Assembly: GCA_036268295.1 (NCBI GenBank)
Contig: DATAUK010000047.1
Location: 106,784-170,783 of the forward strand
Length of the DNA stretch: 64,000 bases
Reading direction: 5' to 3'
From: Mycobacteriales bacterium
Lineage (GTDB): Bacteria; Actinomycetota; Actinomycetes; JAFAQI01
Part shown: piece by piece, positions 48,103-57,908 of the stretch
Layout of the letters: every line of letters starts with the position of its first letter
Numbering within the stretch: the stretch's first letter is position 1
Translations under genes and position numbers: made by a program
The notes under the pieces: model-generated
What the model was told of the DNA's origin: nothing
The model's database searches: none
Seen by the model: only the letters and a program-made list of their open reading frames with translations

Positions 48103-49911
48103 CTAATGCGAAAGCGACACCTGTGGCTCAGCCTGCGGCGGGACCACCGTCTCGTTGAGCAGCCCAATGATCTCGGCCGAGGGAAGCGGGCGGGCGAAGT
48201 AAAAGCCCTGGGCGTAGCGACAGCCGAGCGACTGAAGCGTCGCCAGCTGCGCCTGGTTCTCGACGCCTTCCGCGATCGCATCGATCTCCAGCGCCGCCGC
48301 CAGGTCGACGATCGATCGCAACAGCGCGGCGGACTTGGCGCTCTCGCCTAGGCCGACGACGAAGCTTCGGTCGATCTTGAGGATGTCGATCGGATAGCGG
48401 TCGAGGTAGGCCAGCGAGGAATAGCCGGTGCCGAAGTCATCGACGGCGACCTTCACGCCGAGCTCGCGCAGCGCGCCAAGGCGTGATCTGGCGAGCTCGG
48501 CATCTTTGAGCAGCAGGTTCTCGGTGATCTCGATGATCAGCACCGCCGCCGCAAGACCGGCACTTTCCAAGGCACCTGCTGCGATGTCGATCAGATCGGG
48601 GTCGTGGAGCTGGCGGGGCGAGAGGTTTACCGAGATCGACAGCTGCTCTCCGGTTGCCGACTTCCAGCTGGCGGCATCGCGGGTGGCCTGCTCGATGACC
48701 CATCGCCCGATCGGCACGATCAAGCCGGTGTCCTCTGCGACGTCGATGAACTCCGCCGGCGGCAGCAGGCCGCGGGTTGGGTGGTGCCAGCGGATCAGTG
48801 CCTCGACGCCGACGATTTCCAGTGTTCCGAGATCGATCAGCGGCTGGTAGTGCAGGCCGAACTCGTTGTTCTCCACACCTCGGCGCAGCTCGGTTTCCAA
48901 CCGGAGCCGGCGCAGCACTCGGGCCTGCATTGCCGGCTCGAAGCTGACGACCCTGCTGCGGCCATCGGCCTTCGCGCGATACATCGCGACATCGGCGTCG
49001 CGCATCAGATCCTGGCCGTCGCGGTCGTCGGATGCGTGGACGAGGCCGATGCTGGCGCTGATCGCGACGGTACTTCGCGACAGCACGAACGGAGTGCTCA
49101 CCGCGGCGAGGATGCGCTGCGCTGCGGCGTACGCGGAGGTGTGATCAACGCTTTCCAGCAGTACGGCGAACTCGTCACCGCCGAGCCGCGCGGCGACGTC
49201 GCGTGGCCGCAGCGAGCCGCGAAGCCGCCGGGCGACCATGACGAGCAGTTCGTCGCCGATGGCATGGCCGAAGCTGTCATTCACGGCTTTGAAGCCGTCG
49301 AGGTCGAGCAACAGCAACGCGATGCCGGGTGAGTCGGGCCGAAGTCGGTCGACGGCCTCGTCGATCCGGCCGGCGAGGTAGAGCCGGTTGGACAGCCCGG
49401 TCAGTGAGTCACTGTGGGCGAGCCGGCGAAGGCCGAGTTCGGCTTCCTTGCGGCTGCTGATGTCGGTGACCACGCCATCGATAATCCGTCGGCCGTCGGG
49501 CTGTGCCCCGCGCTGCCACATCTGGTCGAGCACCCAGCGGGTGACACCGTCGCGGCCAACCATCCGATACTCCAGCTGCATCACACCGGGAGTGTCGACG
49601 GTGGCCGCGGATCGGTACGCCTCGCGGTCGTCAGGGTGGACCGCGCTGTTCCACGCCGCCGACAGGTCGGTGCCCGGAGCCGGGTCACCGCCAAGGAAGA
49701 TCTCGATGCCGGGACCGGTGTAGACCTCCTGATAGCTCCCGTCGGGAAGCACCTCGCCGGTGTAGACGTGACAGCCAACCCGGGTGAGCAACTCGACGAA
49801 TGCCGCGTGCTCGGCAGTCGACATCGGTCGAGCGTCTATGGACGACGTCGACTCACCGTCCCCCGCGGCCAGGACCATACGGTTCACGTCGGCAGATCCG
49901 GGCGAAATCAT
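48103..49911 (-). CDS. PAS-GGDEF-EAL signalling protein
   Basis: GGDEF (RLGGDEFAVLL), EAL (VEALIRWHHP, DDFGTGYSSL) and an N-terminal PAS-like region. The start is uncertain; an internal Met at about 49821 is possible. Confidence 0.9.
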   Translation of the reverse strand: MISPGSADVNRMVLAAGDGESTSSIDARPMSTAEHAAFVELLTRVGCHVYTGEVLPDGSYQEVYTGPGIEIFLGGDPAPGTDLSAAWNSAVHPDDREAYRSAATVDTPGVMQLEYRMVGRDGVTRWVLDQMWQRGAQPDGRRIIDGVVTDISSRKEAELGLRRLAHSDSLTGLSNRLYLAGRIDEAVDRLRPDSPGIALLLLDLDGFKAVNDSFGHAIGDELLVMVARRLRGSLRPRDVAARLGGDEFAVLLESVDHTSAYAAAQRILAAVSTPFVLSRSTVAISASIGLVHASDDRDGQDLMRDADVAMYRAKADGRSRVVSFEPAMQARVLRRLRLETELRRGVENNEFGLHYQPLIDLGTLEIVGVEALIRWHHPTRGLLPPAEFIDVAEDTGLIVPIGRWVIEQATRDAASWKSATGEQLSISVNLSPRQLHDPDLIDIAAGALESAGLAAAVLIIEITENLLLKDAELARSRLGALRELGVKVAVDDFGTGYSSLAYLDRYPIDILKIDRSFVVGLGESAKSAALLRSIVDLAAALEIDAIAEGVENQAQLATLQSLGCRYAQGFYFARPLPSAEIIGLLNETVVPPQAEPQVSLSH

Positions 49912-49992
49912 GACCGCTCGGGCACCACGAATTGTTAGCCCATCCAGCTCTGCTTACGCTCAGTAGACCTGCCCGCCACGCTCACCGGCAGC

Positions 49993-50568
49993 TCAGCCGC
50001 GCTGCACTGCCGGACGCGGCTGGTAGCGGAGAAGCACCACGCCATTGCCGAACGTCTGGGTGTGGGTCAGGTCCAGCGTGACGTCGTACCCGGCGGGCCA
50101 GAACGGGTGACCGTCGCCGAGCACGACCGGATGGACGTACAGCCAATATTCATCGATCAGGTCGTGGCGCATGAACGTCGCGGCGAGAATGGCGCCGCCA
50201 ACGACGAGGTCACCGCCGGCCTCGGCCTTGAGGGCCAGGATGTCATCGACAACGACCTCGCGGACAACCGTCGTGTTCCAGTCGGCCGACGTCAGCGTGC
50301 TCGAGAACACCCACTTCGGCATCTCCCGCCAGATCCGGGCGAACTCCGCGACCGTCGGCGTACTTGCCGGGTCGGCGTCGGCAGTGGGCCAGAAATCGGC
50401 CATCAGCTGGTAGGTGACGCGGCCGTCGAGGAAGCCTCCCATCGGGGCGAGTTGCTCGTTGAGGTGGCGGTGCAACTGATCGTCGACGCAGTGCCAGTCG
50501 ATCTCACGGTTCGGTCCCTCGAAGAAGCCGTCGATCGACACCGATATCATCGCGATGATCCGTCTCAA
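49993..50568 (-). CDS. dihydrofolate-reductase-like (RibD C-terminal domain) family protein
   Basis: 191 aa. ISVSIDGFFEGPNREIDW...DLVVGGAILAATF pattern. Confidence 0.75.
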   Translation of the reverse strand: MRRIIAMISVSIDGFFEGPNREIDWHCVDDQLHRHLNEQLAPMGGFLDGRVTYQLMADFWPTADADPASTPTVAEFARIWREMPKWVFSSTLTSADWNTTVVREVVVDDILALKAEAGGDLVVGGAILAATFMRHDLIDEYWLYVHPVVLGDGHPFWPAGYDVTLDLTHTQTFGNGVVLLRYQPRPAVQRG

Positions 50569-50676
50569 TCCGGCTCCTCGCTAGCTGAGGACTCACAGGC
50601 CGCTGCCAGGTTAGTTCCCTAGGTTGAGCGGCAGGAATCCGAGGGTCGTAGGTCTCGCCGAGGGAGGTCGGTAGCA

Positions 50677-51537
50677 GTGAGCCCGGACGGCAAAGGGGGT
50701 GCGGGCGGGCGATTCAAAAAGGCTGTAAACCACGCCCTTGAGCGCACCACTGGCCACCAGATCACCCGGGTTCGAGTCGAGCCGACTCGGCGTCACCGAG
50801 TCAATCGACTCGTCACCAGGCCGACGTTCATCATCGCGCCGGTGCGATCAGGCTCGACGCTGCTGCGCGTCATCCTCGACAGCCATTCCGAGATTTGCGC
50901 GCCTCACGAGCTCCACCTGCGCACGATGCATGTCCGGGTCACCGAATACGGCCAGCGGGCGGTCGAGCAGATCGGCCTCGACGAGCGAGCTCTCGAACAC
51001 CTGCTCTGGGACCGAGTGCTCCACCGCGAGCTCGCTGCCAGCGGCAAGAAGATCATCGTCGAGAAGACCCCGAACACGGTGTTCGGCTGGGACCGGCTGC
51101 AAGAAGCGTGGCCTCGGGCCAGATTCATCTTCCTACTCCGCCACCCGGCCTCGATTGCCGATGCCCTCGGCCGGGTCCGTGACGGCGCAGCTAACAAGAC
51201 CTTCGATGAGTCCGAGGTCGTTGAGCGGATCCGCGAATACACCGAGCAGGTCGAGCAAGCCAGGTCGAACCTGCCCGGCCTGACCGTGAAGTACGAGGAG
51301 CTCGTCAAGGAGCCCGAGCGGGTGGTCTCCGGAATATGCCGCTTTCTCGAGGTCGAGTGGGAGCCCGCGATGCTGGATTACGGCGCGTTCAGGCACGGTC
51401 CGTATGTGCCGCGGCTCGGGGACTGGGGTCCGAAGATCCGGTCCGGTCACATCGACAGTGACATCGTCGTGCCCGCCGACGACCAGGTGCCGGAAGCGTT
51501 GCGACCCATCAGCGCGGCTTGGGACTACCTGAGCTGA
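50677..51537 (+). CDS. sulfotransferase-family protein
   Basis: 5'-PSB loop APVRSGSTLLR, 3'-PB region FIFLLRHP. GTG start. Confidence 0.8.
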   Translation: MSPDGKGGAGGRFKKAVNHALERTTGHQITRVRVEPTRRHRVNRLVTRPTFIIAPVRSGSTLLRVILDSHSEICAPHELHLRTMHVRVTEYGQRAVEQIGLDERALEHLLWDRVLHRELAASGKKIIVEKTPNTVFGWDRLQEAWPRARFIFLLRHPASIADALGRVRDGAANKTFDESEVVERIREYTEQVEQARSNLPGLTVKYEELVKEPERVVSGICRFLEVEWEPAMLDYGAFRHGPYVPRLGDWGPKIRSGHIDSDIVVPADDQVPEALRPISAAWDYLS

Positions 51538-51540
51538 CGC

Positions 51541-52764
51541 TCAGGAGATCGTCGAGTGGATCACCTTCGGGTGATGACCGGCGCTCTGGAAGAAGATCCC
51601 TGGGTAGGGCCGGGTCCAGAAACCCGCGCTCGGGTTGTTGTGCAGCGTCGAATGGCTGATCGTCAAAGTGCCGGTGTTGTTATCGCTGACGAAGAAGATC
51701 GCGCCGCCGCCTTCGCGGGCGTGGTTGTCACGCATCACGCTGCCTTTGACAGTCAGGGACATCCGATCGCCGTCCAGGTAGATCGCGCCTCCGCTGCCGC
51801 CACCAGGGCTGCCGGACGATGCCGGGTTGGCGCCGTGTCCGATCGCGTTGTTGTTGACCAGCAAGCTGTTGAGCACGATCCATGACACCCCGATGCTGCT
51901 CAACGCGCTGCCGTTCGAGCACCGGCCCCCACGGAACGTGTCACGCGTGATGTAGATCGGCTGGTTGTGCCACTGCTCAAGGGCGCGGATCGCCGCACCG
52001 CCGAGATCCGGCCCGACCCGATAGCAGCGGTTGTCGAGGAAGCTGGTGTTCACCACTCGCAGCCGGCCACCGGTGTCGAAGATCGCGCCGCCGCCGTAGC
52101 TCGACGTCGAGGTCTGCCTGACCTCCGAGTCGCCGTGTGCGAGGGTCAGGTTCTCCACGATCAGCTCCGGCCACTTCTGGTCGTTGCAGTGGTCGGTGGT
52201 CCAGGTCTGCCGCTTGTCGCAGGTGTTCTGGTAGAGGATCCGGCGCTTTCCGGCACCGCTCAACGTCACCAACCCGCCGCCGTCAAGCACCACGCGATGG
52301 CTGGTGTTCCTCACCTTCGCAGTCGCCGTCATTGTGATCGTGATCGGATTCGGCCCGCAGTCGAAGTTGATGATGCCGCCCTTGGCGACCGCCTTGACGA
52401 CCTGTGCCGAGGTGCAGCCAGCCTTACGCCCGGAGCCGATCACGCTGGTCGGATGGCTGGTGTTAACGGCCCGCCCGGCCCGGGGTACGGCGGCGCGACC
52501 TGCCGGATTTCCGGCGACAGACACCGCCCGCTCAGTCCGGACGTGATGGGTGAGCGTCGGCACGGACCGAGCATTAGAAGCGCCGATCGCAGGATTTGTG
52601 AGACCCAGCGCCGCCAGTGCAATGGCGACGCCCGCGACTGCGAGGCGCGCCAAGCTCGATCCATCGGCAATGCCGGCCGCGTAGTGCGCGTCGGGGCACC
52701 AACCGGGCAGTGGCACCGATGTCATACCTGGGGGCTCCTTGTCAGCCATCGCGACATCACCCAT
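51541..52764 (-). CDS. secreted or membrane-anchored right-handed beta-helix repeat protein
   Basis: N-terminal hydrophobic anchor, then repeated GGGAI/GGAIY turns (YGGGAIFDTGG, GGSGGAIYLDG, EGGGAIFFVSD) typical of parallel beta-helix (pectate-lyase-fold) proteins. Confidence 0.7.
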   Translation of the reverse strand: MGDVAMADKEPPGMTSVPLPGWCPDAHYAAGIADGSSLARLAVAGVAIALAALGLTNPAIGASNARSVPTLTHHVRTERAVSVAGNPAGRAAVPRAGRAVNTSHPTSVIGSGRKAGCTSAQVVKAVAKGGIINFDCGPNPITITMTATAKVRNTSHRVVLDGGGLVTLSGAGKRRILYQNTCDKRQTWTTDHCNDQKWPELIVENLTLAHGDSEVRQTSTSSYGGGAIFDTGGRLRVVNTSFLDNRCYRVGPDLGGAAIRALEQWHNQPIYITRDTFRGGRCSNGSALSSIGVSWIVLNSLLVNNNAIGHGANPASSGSPGGGSGGAIYLDGDRMSLTVKGSVMRDNHAREGGGAIFFVSDNNTGTLTISHSTLHNNPSAGFWTRPYPGIFFQSAGHHPKVIHSTIS

Positions 52765-52981
52765 GTCATCGACACGGAATCAGCCAGCACTTGAGCCCGG
52801 TAGGACCCCTATTCGGCTGGCTGCCCCATCGCGGAGAGGTAGGAGAAGTACAGCATTTCCATCAGTTTTGCGTCGGCCGGGCGAAGCGCTGGGTCGGTGA
52901 GCCGCTCCTGATAGCGGGCCATGATGTCGCGGATCGCATCGTTGATCTCGCGGAACTCCTCGGAGGTCGCCGCCGCCCTGA

Positions 52982-53434
52982 TCAGGCGAAGGCGTCAGCG
53001 ATCTTCTTGACGTCGCCCTTTGCAAGGGCCGGCACCTCGACGATCCAGTAGTCGCCGCTGGTGAACGTTACGGTCAGCGGCTTGGAAACCATCGGCGCCG
53101 CCTTTCCCAGCTCGACCGAGTTGATCTCAGTACGCGGGACCCGGGCAAGGATCTGGTCGAGGCTCAGCCCGCGCTTACGGTCGATGCTGACCAGCGCGAG
53201 CTCGCTCGCAGTCAGTACGAGCCAGGCAATCATCGTGAACGATGGCGTGACCGACGCGGCCGCCTGTGCTGGTTCGGCTCCGACCTTCTTTCCGGCGATT
53301 GCGCCGGCCAGCGCACCACCGAGACCCTCGCCCATTCCGACGTTGCGCATCGTCGCCTTGTTGCTCCCCCGCGGGTTCACCCGGCAGCCGGCAAGCTGCG
53401 GCGATCCCAAGATTTCCGACGCGTCTAGAGCCAT
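52982..53434 (-). CDS. hypothetical protein
   Basis: Start at the ATG at 53434, preceded by GAGGTGGGGG. 150 aa with no recognised family. Confidence 0.5.
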   Translation of the reverse strand: MALDASEILGSPQLAGCRVNPRGSNKATMRNVGMGEGLGGALAGAIAGKKVGAEPAQAAASVTPSFTMIAWLVLTASELALVSIDRKRGLSLDQILARVPRTEINSVELGKAAPMVSKPLTVTFTSGDYWIVEVPALAKGDVKKIADAFA

Positions 53435-53508
53435 CCCCCACCTCGCTGTAATCGAGCCGATCCACAATTGGCCGTGTCGCGGCAGTCAAGCGCGGCTCCG
53501 CCAATCCG

Positions 53509-54150
53509 TCAACGGTCGCTGATGATGACCGACTCGAGCATCTGGTAGATGTCTTGGACATCCTGCAGCGGTGCTTGTCCGCCGATTTGCGCAGTCATCA
53601 CCATGACGTCGTCGCCACGCGTCGGCGCAACGGCAATCGTCGCAATGATCGTGCGGGTGCCGTCCGCCGAAACGACGTCGCTGAGCTTGGCATGGCGACC
53701 ATCGATCGCCATCCGGCTGCCGTGCGCATGCTGATAGACGCTCAGCGACGGAAACTCGGTCTTCGTCCAGCCGACGAGCACCCCGGCTGCGGCCACCGGC
53801 CAGGTCGCGTCGAAGCAGCCCGCTCGCGATTGGACCGCGCGGTGAGGTGACGCGCACGCGCCGGTGAGTGGCGCCGTACTCAGGTGAATCAGTGGAAAGG
53901 CGACGGTCGCGGGCTGCCCCAGGAATGGCGTGAGGTGCCACTGCCGGGGGTAGCTGACGACCAGGCCGGGGCCATGCCACGTCGCCCATGCCGATGGAGC
54001 CGGCTGCTCGTGCAGCACTGGGGTGGTATGCACTCGCGCAGTGTCGGGCAGCAACACGGTGCCTTGGGACTTGCCGGCTGAGGCAGACGTGCACGACGTC
54101 AGGAGCAACGTCATTCCGACGATCGTTACGCCGATCCGAGTGGCGGTCAC
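53509..54150 (-). CDS. hypothetical lipoprotein
   Basis: GTG start at 54150 gives VTATRIGVTIVGMTLLLTSC with lipobox LTSC. The alternative overlapping 255-aa frame is Arg-rich nonsense. Confidence 0.55.
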   Translation of the reverse strand: MTATRIGVTIVGMTLLLTSCTSASAGKSQGTVLLPDTARVHTTPVLHEQPAPSAWATWHGPGLVVSYPRQWHLTPFLGQPATVAFPLIHLSTAPLTGACASPHRAVQSRAGCFDATWPVAAAGVLVGWTKTEFPSLSVYQHAHGSRMAIDGRHAKLSDVVSADGTRTIIATIAVAPTRGDDVMVMTAQIGGQAPLQDVQDIYQMLESVIISDR

Positions 54151-54492
54151 TCCCCTCAGACTCCGAATCCCCACCCATGGTTCCCGGGCCGACCAGATCT
54201 GACGTCGTGCGCGGCGTCCCTGGCCGACCTCTGGCACGATCGATCCGTGTCACACAACGTCGCTGACGCCGTCCTTGTCCTTAACGATCACGCCGTCGAC
54301 CGACGTGCCGAACGCCTTGCCGCGCTGGGCGACGAGGAGTTGCATTTGTCGCCGGCCGGAGATGGGTGGGACGTCCGGAACATCGACGGCCATTGGAGGA
54401 TCGACGGCGAGGGCAGTCGGCGCGACCTGTACACCGGCCGCAACGCTCTGTCGGGTGGTAGGCGAGGCCTCTTCGTGTTGGCGTTCGGGTCA

Positions 54493-54571
54493 GCACACAA
54501 CCGAGCCGAACTCAACCCGCGGGCAAGATAGTCGAGCGTGTACCACTCAGTTACGGGTCCAGTTGTGTGCT
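54493..54571 (+). repeat. inverted-repeat element, copy A (arms GCACACAAC / GTTGTGTGC, 55-nt spacer)
   Basis: Left arm gcacacaaccgagc at 54493-54506; right arm gttgtgtgct at 54562-54571. It shares an exact 14-mer, a 10-mer and the 11-mer ttcgggtcagc with copy B. Confidence 0.6.
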
Positions 54572-54665
54572 GTTCGGTACACCGACATCGACCGCCGCAT
54601 CCCCTCGTTTGCGTTCGACGTGCGCCGCGATAGCCGACGGCGGCGGCGGAGCAGGGCCACCCGCG

Positions 54666-55050
<385 letters not shown>

Positions 55051-55296
55051 CGTCGATCAGGGTACGGCGAACCCCGGCGTCCGGCTAGACCCTGTTGTCG
55101 TCAGCATCAAACCCGGCGGCGACGACCGCACCACCCGAGAGTGCGACCGCGCCCGGAAGCATGCGCACCACGGTGACATTGGTCATGACGAACCCTTCCC
55201 TAGAGGCAGCGAACCTCTCGGCACCGCTAGCCGTGCCGAGGGGGATGGCTGAGTCTCGTCGCCGACCTGCTAAGCAATGAACAAGGGAAAGGAGCC

Positions 55297-55785
55297 GTGA
55301 CACCCATGGCAATCGAAGTTGGCAGCAAGATCCCGGACGTCGGCGTCAAGGTGTTGCGCGACGGGGCACCCACGACCGTGCAGACCGGCGATATCCTCGG
55401 AAGCGGCAAAGTCGTGCTGATCGCCGTGCCGGGCGCGTTCACGCCAGGCTGCTCGAAGCTGCACCTGCCGGGCTACGTCCAGAACGCCGACGCGCTGCGC
55501 GCCAAAGGCATCGACACGATCGCGTGCATCTCGGTGAACGATGCCTGGGTCATGGATGCGTGGGGCGAGGCACAGGGAGCCGGCGACATCGTGATGCTGG
55601 CCGACGGCAACGGCGAGTTCGCCGACGCTATGGGGCTCACTCTCGACGGCAGCGGCGCCGGCCTCGGCACCCGCTCGCAGCGGTACGCCGCGGTCATCGA
55701 GGACGGTGTCATCACCGACCTCGAGATCGAGCCGAACACCGGTGTCGACGTCAGCAGCTGCGACAACCTGCTCACGAAGGTCTGA
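55297..55785 (+). CDS. peroxiredoxin, Prx5 subfamily
   Basis: Peroxidatic-Cys motif PGAFTPGCS. 162 aa. RBS GAAAGGAG lies upstream. The start is the GTG at 55297 or the ATG at 55306. Confidence 0.9.
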   Translation: MTPMAIEVGSKIPDVGVKVLRDGAPTTVQTGDILGSGKVVLIAVPGAFTPGCSKLHLPGYVQNADALRAKGIDTIACISVNDAWVMDAWGEAQGAGDIVMLADGNGEFADAMGLTLDGSGAGLGTRSQRYAAVIEDGVITDLEIEPNTGVDVSSCDNLLTKV

Positions 55786-55812
55786 CGCCGCCGGCCCGCG
55801 GGGCGCGCCGGA

Positions 55813-55907
55813 CCGGTTGAGCACACAACCGAGCGCTTTCGGGTCAGCGCGAGCCTGACGACACGCTCACGCGCGGGTGATCCGGCTCCGGTTGTGTGCT
55901 CAATCGG
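55813..55907 (+). repeat. inverted-repeat element, copy B (19-nt arms with 1 mismatch, 57-nt spacer)
   Basis: ccggttgagcacacaaccg (55813-55831) pairs with cggttgtgtgctcaatcgg (55889-55907). An inner hairpin forms at 55847-55854 / 55865-55872. The element overlaps the 3' end of the MFS gene. Confidence 0.65.
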
Positions 55908-57049
55908 ACCCGACGGCGCAAGACGACCGGCACCGCCGCCGCGACGGCAACCGCCGCGGCGATGATGGCCGACTGCGGTGAGAGCAGCCGAGCCACTGCG
56001 CCGACCAGCGGGCCACCGAGGCCGACTCCGCCGTCGAACCAGGCGAAGAACGCGCCGGCGGCCGCACCTTGTTGTGCTGCCGGCACGTCGGCGAGCGCGA
56101 GCACGCCGAGCGCGGGCACCGCGAGTCCTTGACCGACCGAGAGGATGGCAAGGGCGACGATCGCCATGCTCGTCGTGCTGGACACCGCGAACACCGCCAG
56201 CCCGGCGGCCTCGAGCACAGCAGCGCCGAAGAGCACAATCGGCGCGCCGAGCCGATCCGGCAGCGAGCCGAGGCCGACCCGGCTGAGGATCACACCGGCA
56301 CCGAAGACCGGCACGATCAACGCGCCGATCTTCAGCCCGTGACGCGCCACCACGATCGCGCCGAAAGACAGCACCGAGACATATCCGATGTTGACCAACA
56401 ACAGCCCGACGCCCGGTCTGCCGGTACGCCGCACCATCGTCCAGATCGGTGCTGGTTCATGCTCGGTCGACGGCCCGGGAGCGCCCCCGACGAACAGCGC
56501 CGCCGCCGCTCCGATCAGAGGCAAAACGATCGCGAGCATCCACAACCGGGCGATGTGGTGATCGGCATCGAACAGTGTGACGAGCAGTGGCCCGATGGTG
56601 AGCCCGCCGTAGTTCGCAAGGCCGATGTGGCCAAGCGATCGACCGCGGTGCTCCGGACCGGCGATCCGCAGCAACCACAGCACCGAGGCGCTCATCATGA
56701 GCGCCTCACCGCAGCCGACCAGCAACCGGCTGACGAGTAGTGCCGCAAGCGAGGTCCAGAATGCCGGGACGACTCCCGCCGCCATGATCACCGCACCTGC
56801 GACGACGACCTTCCGGGAGCCGAGGCGATCGGCCCATCGGCCGCCCATCGGCCGAGCGATCGCACCCGTCATCGCCGGCGCGCCCACGGCCAAGCCGACG
56901 GCAAGCGCACCCGCACCGAGCTCGGTCGGGACGTACGTCGGGACGGCACGGAGCACCGCACCGAGAGCGGCGTAACAGGCTATTGCGGCGCCGAGAACCG
57001 CTGCGTACGCGCGCCAGTCAAATGACCGCATATAGGTCTGCCTACCCAC
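55844..57049 (-). CDS. MFS transporter
   Basis: 401 aa with about 12 TM helices. MFS loop motif (GGRWADRLGSRK). Confidence 0.85.
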   Translation of the reverse strand: MGRQTYMRSFDWRAYAAVLGAAIACYAALGAVLRAVPTYVPTELGAGALAVGLAVGAPAMTGAIARPMGGRWADRLGSRKVVVAGAVIMAAGVVPAFWTSLAALLVSRLLVGCGEALMMSASVLWLLRIAGPEHRGRSLGHIGLANYGGLTIGPLLVTLFDADHHIARLWMLAIVLPLIGAAAALFVGGAPGPSTEHEPAPIWTMVRRTGRPGVGLLLVNIGYVSVLSFGAIVVARHGLKIGALIVPVFGAGVILSRVGLGSLPDRLGAPIVLFGAAVLEAAGLAVFAVSSTTSMAIVALAILSVGQGLAVPALGVLALADVPAAQQGAAAGAFFAWFDGGVGLGGPLVGAVARLLSPQSAIIAAAVAVAAAVPVVLRRRVRLSTQPEPDHPRVSVSSGSR

Positions 57050-57074
57050 TGCGCCGGCGACGACGCATCAGGAT

Positions 57075-57908
57075 CTACGGGTCCCCCGCAGGCCTTCCGG
57101 ATCCGATTCGGGATCCAGGGACGTTCAGCCTCGAACCTTCAGCGGCAAGCTCGGCGCACCAATCCCGCGCCGCCGCCGCGACATACGACGGCACGTCGAG
57201 CTCGGCGAGCAGATCGACCGCGGCTTGCATCTCGTCGAGACGCCGGACCGCGTGGACCCGGCTACCCGTCGCGAGCCGGGTCATCGTGTCGGCATTGCTC
57301 GCCACGAGCTCGGCAGTGATGTTCTCCCGCAGCCACTGTTCGCACCCGGCTTCGCGGCTCGCCCGCAACGCCTCGGTCACCGCCGCGGCCAGGCCTTTGT
57401 AGAAGACGCTGCGCAGCAGCTTGCGAATGGCCGCCGTGCCAGCCGGTCCCGCGATCAGCTCTGCCCGGCCGCCAAGTGCGTTTACCGCCCCCACAACAGC
57501 CGGCGCGCACTCGCCTGAAACCAGTGCCGGTGTGGTGATCCCACGGCCCGGCACCGGCGCCATCAGCGCCACGTCGGCGAAGCCGACGCTGTGGCCTCGC
57601 GCGATCCCGGCGAGCCGCCGCTTCAGGCCGGCGGACGCGGTGTTGAGGTCGGCGTACGGGGCGTGCTCAGCGATCCCCGGCAAGGCCGCGATCAGTGCCG
57701 CTTCCGCTTCGTGCGCGGTTGTCAGGCTGAGGATGAGATCCGCTCCGGTGCACGCCTCGGCCTCGCTGGCGGTTGCGGTCACCCCGGAAGTACGGGAGCC
57801 GACTGGGTCGTAGCCGCGGACCAGGACACCGCCGGCGATGAGATCCGCTGCGAACGCCGACCCGGCTTCGCCGAGACCCAGGATCGCAACCGTGCGCGGG
57901 TTGTTCAT
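57075..57908 (-). CDS. NAD(P)-binding oxidoreductase (6-phosphogluconate-dehydrogenase-like N-domain plus DUF1932-like C-domain)
   Basis: Start trimmed to the ATG at 57908 (ATGA overlap with the dioxygenase stop). Rossmann motif VAILGLGEAGSAFA. Confidence 0.75.
   Translation of the reverse strand: MNNPRTVAILGLGEAGSAFAADLIAGGVLVRGYDPVGSRTSGVTATASEAEACTGADLILSLTTAHEAEAALIAALPGIAEHAPYADLNTASAGLKRRLAGIARGHSVGFADVALMAPVPGRGITTPALVSGECAPAVVGAVNALGGRAELIAGPAGTAAIRKLLRSVFYKGLAAAVTEALRASREAGCEQWLRENITAELVASNADTMTRLATGSRVHAVRRLDEMQAAVDLLAELDVPSYVAAAARDWCAELAAEGSRLNVPGSRIGSGRPAGDP

Noticed and set aside
53486-54253. 255-aa ORF overlapping the lipoprotein gene in another frame
   Set aside because: Arg-rich nonsense composition. 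The alternative frame gives a lipobox signal peptide and a normal composition.
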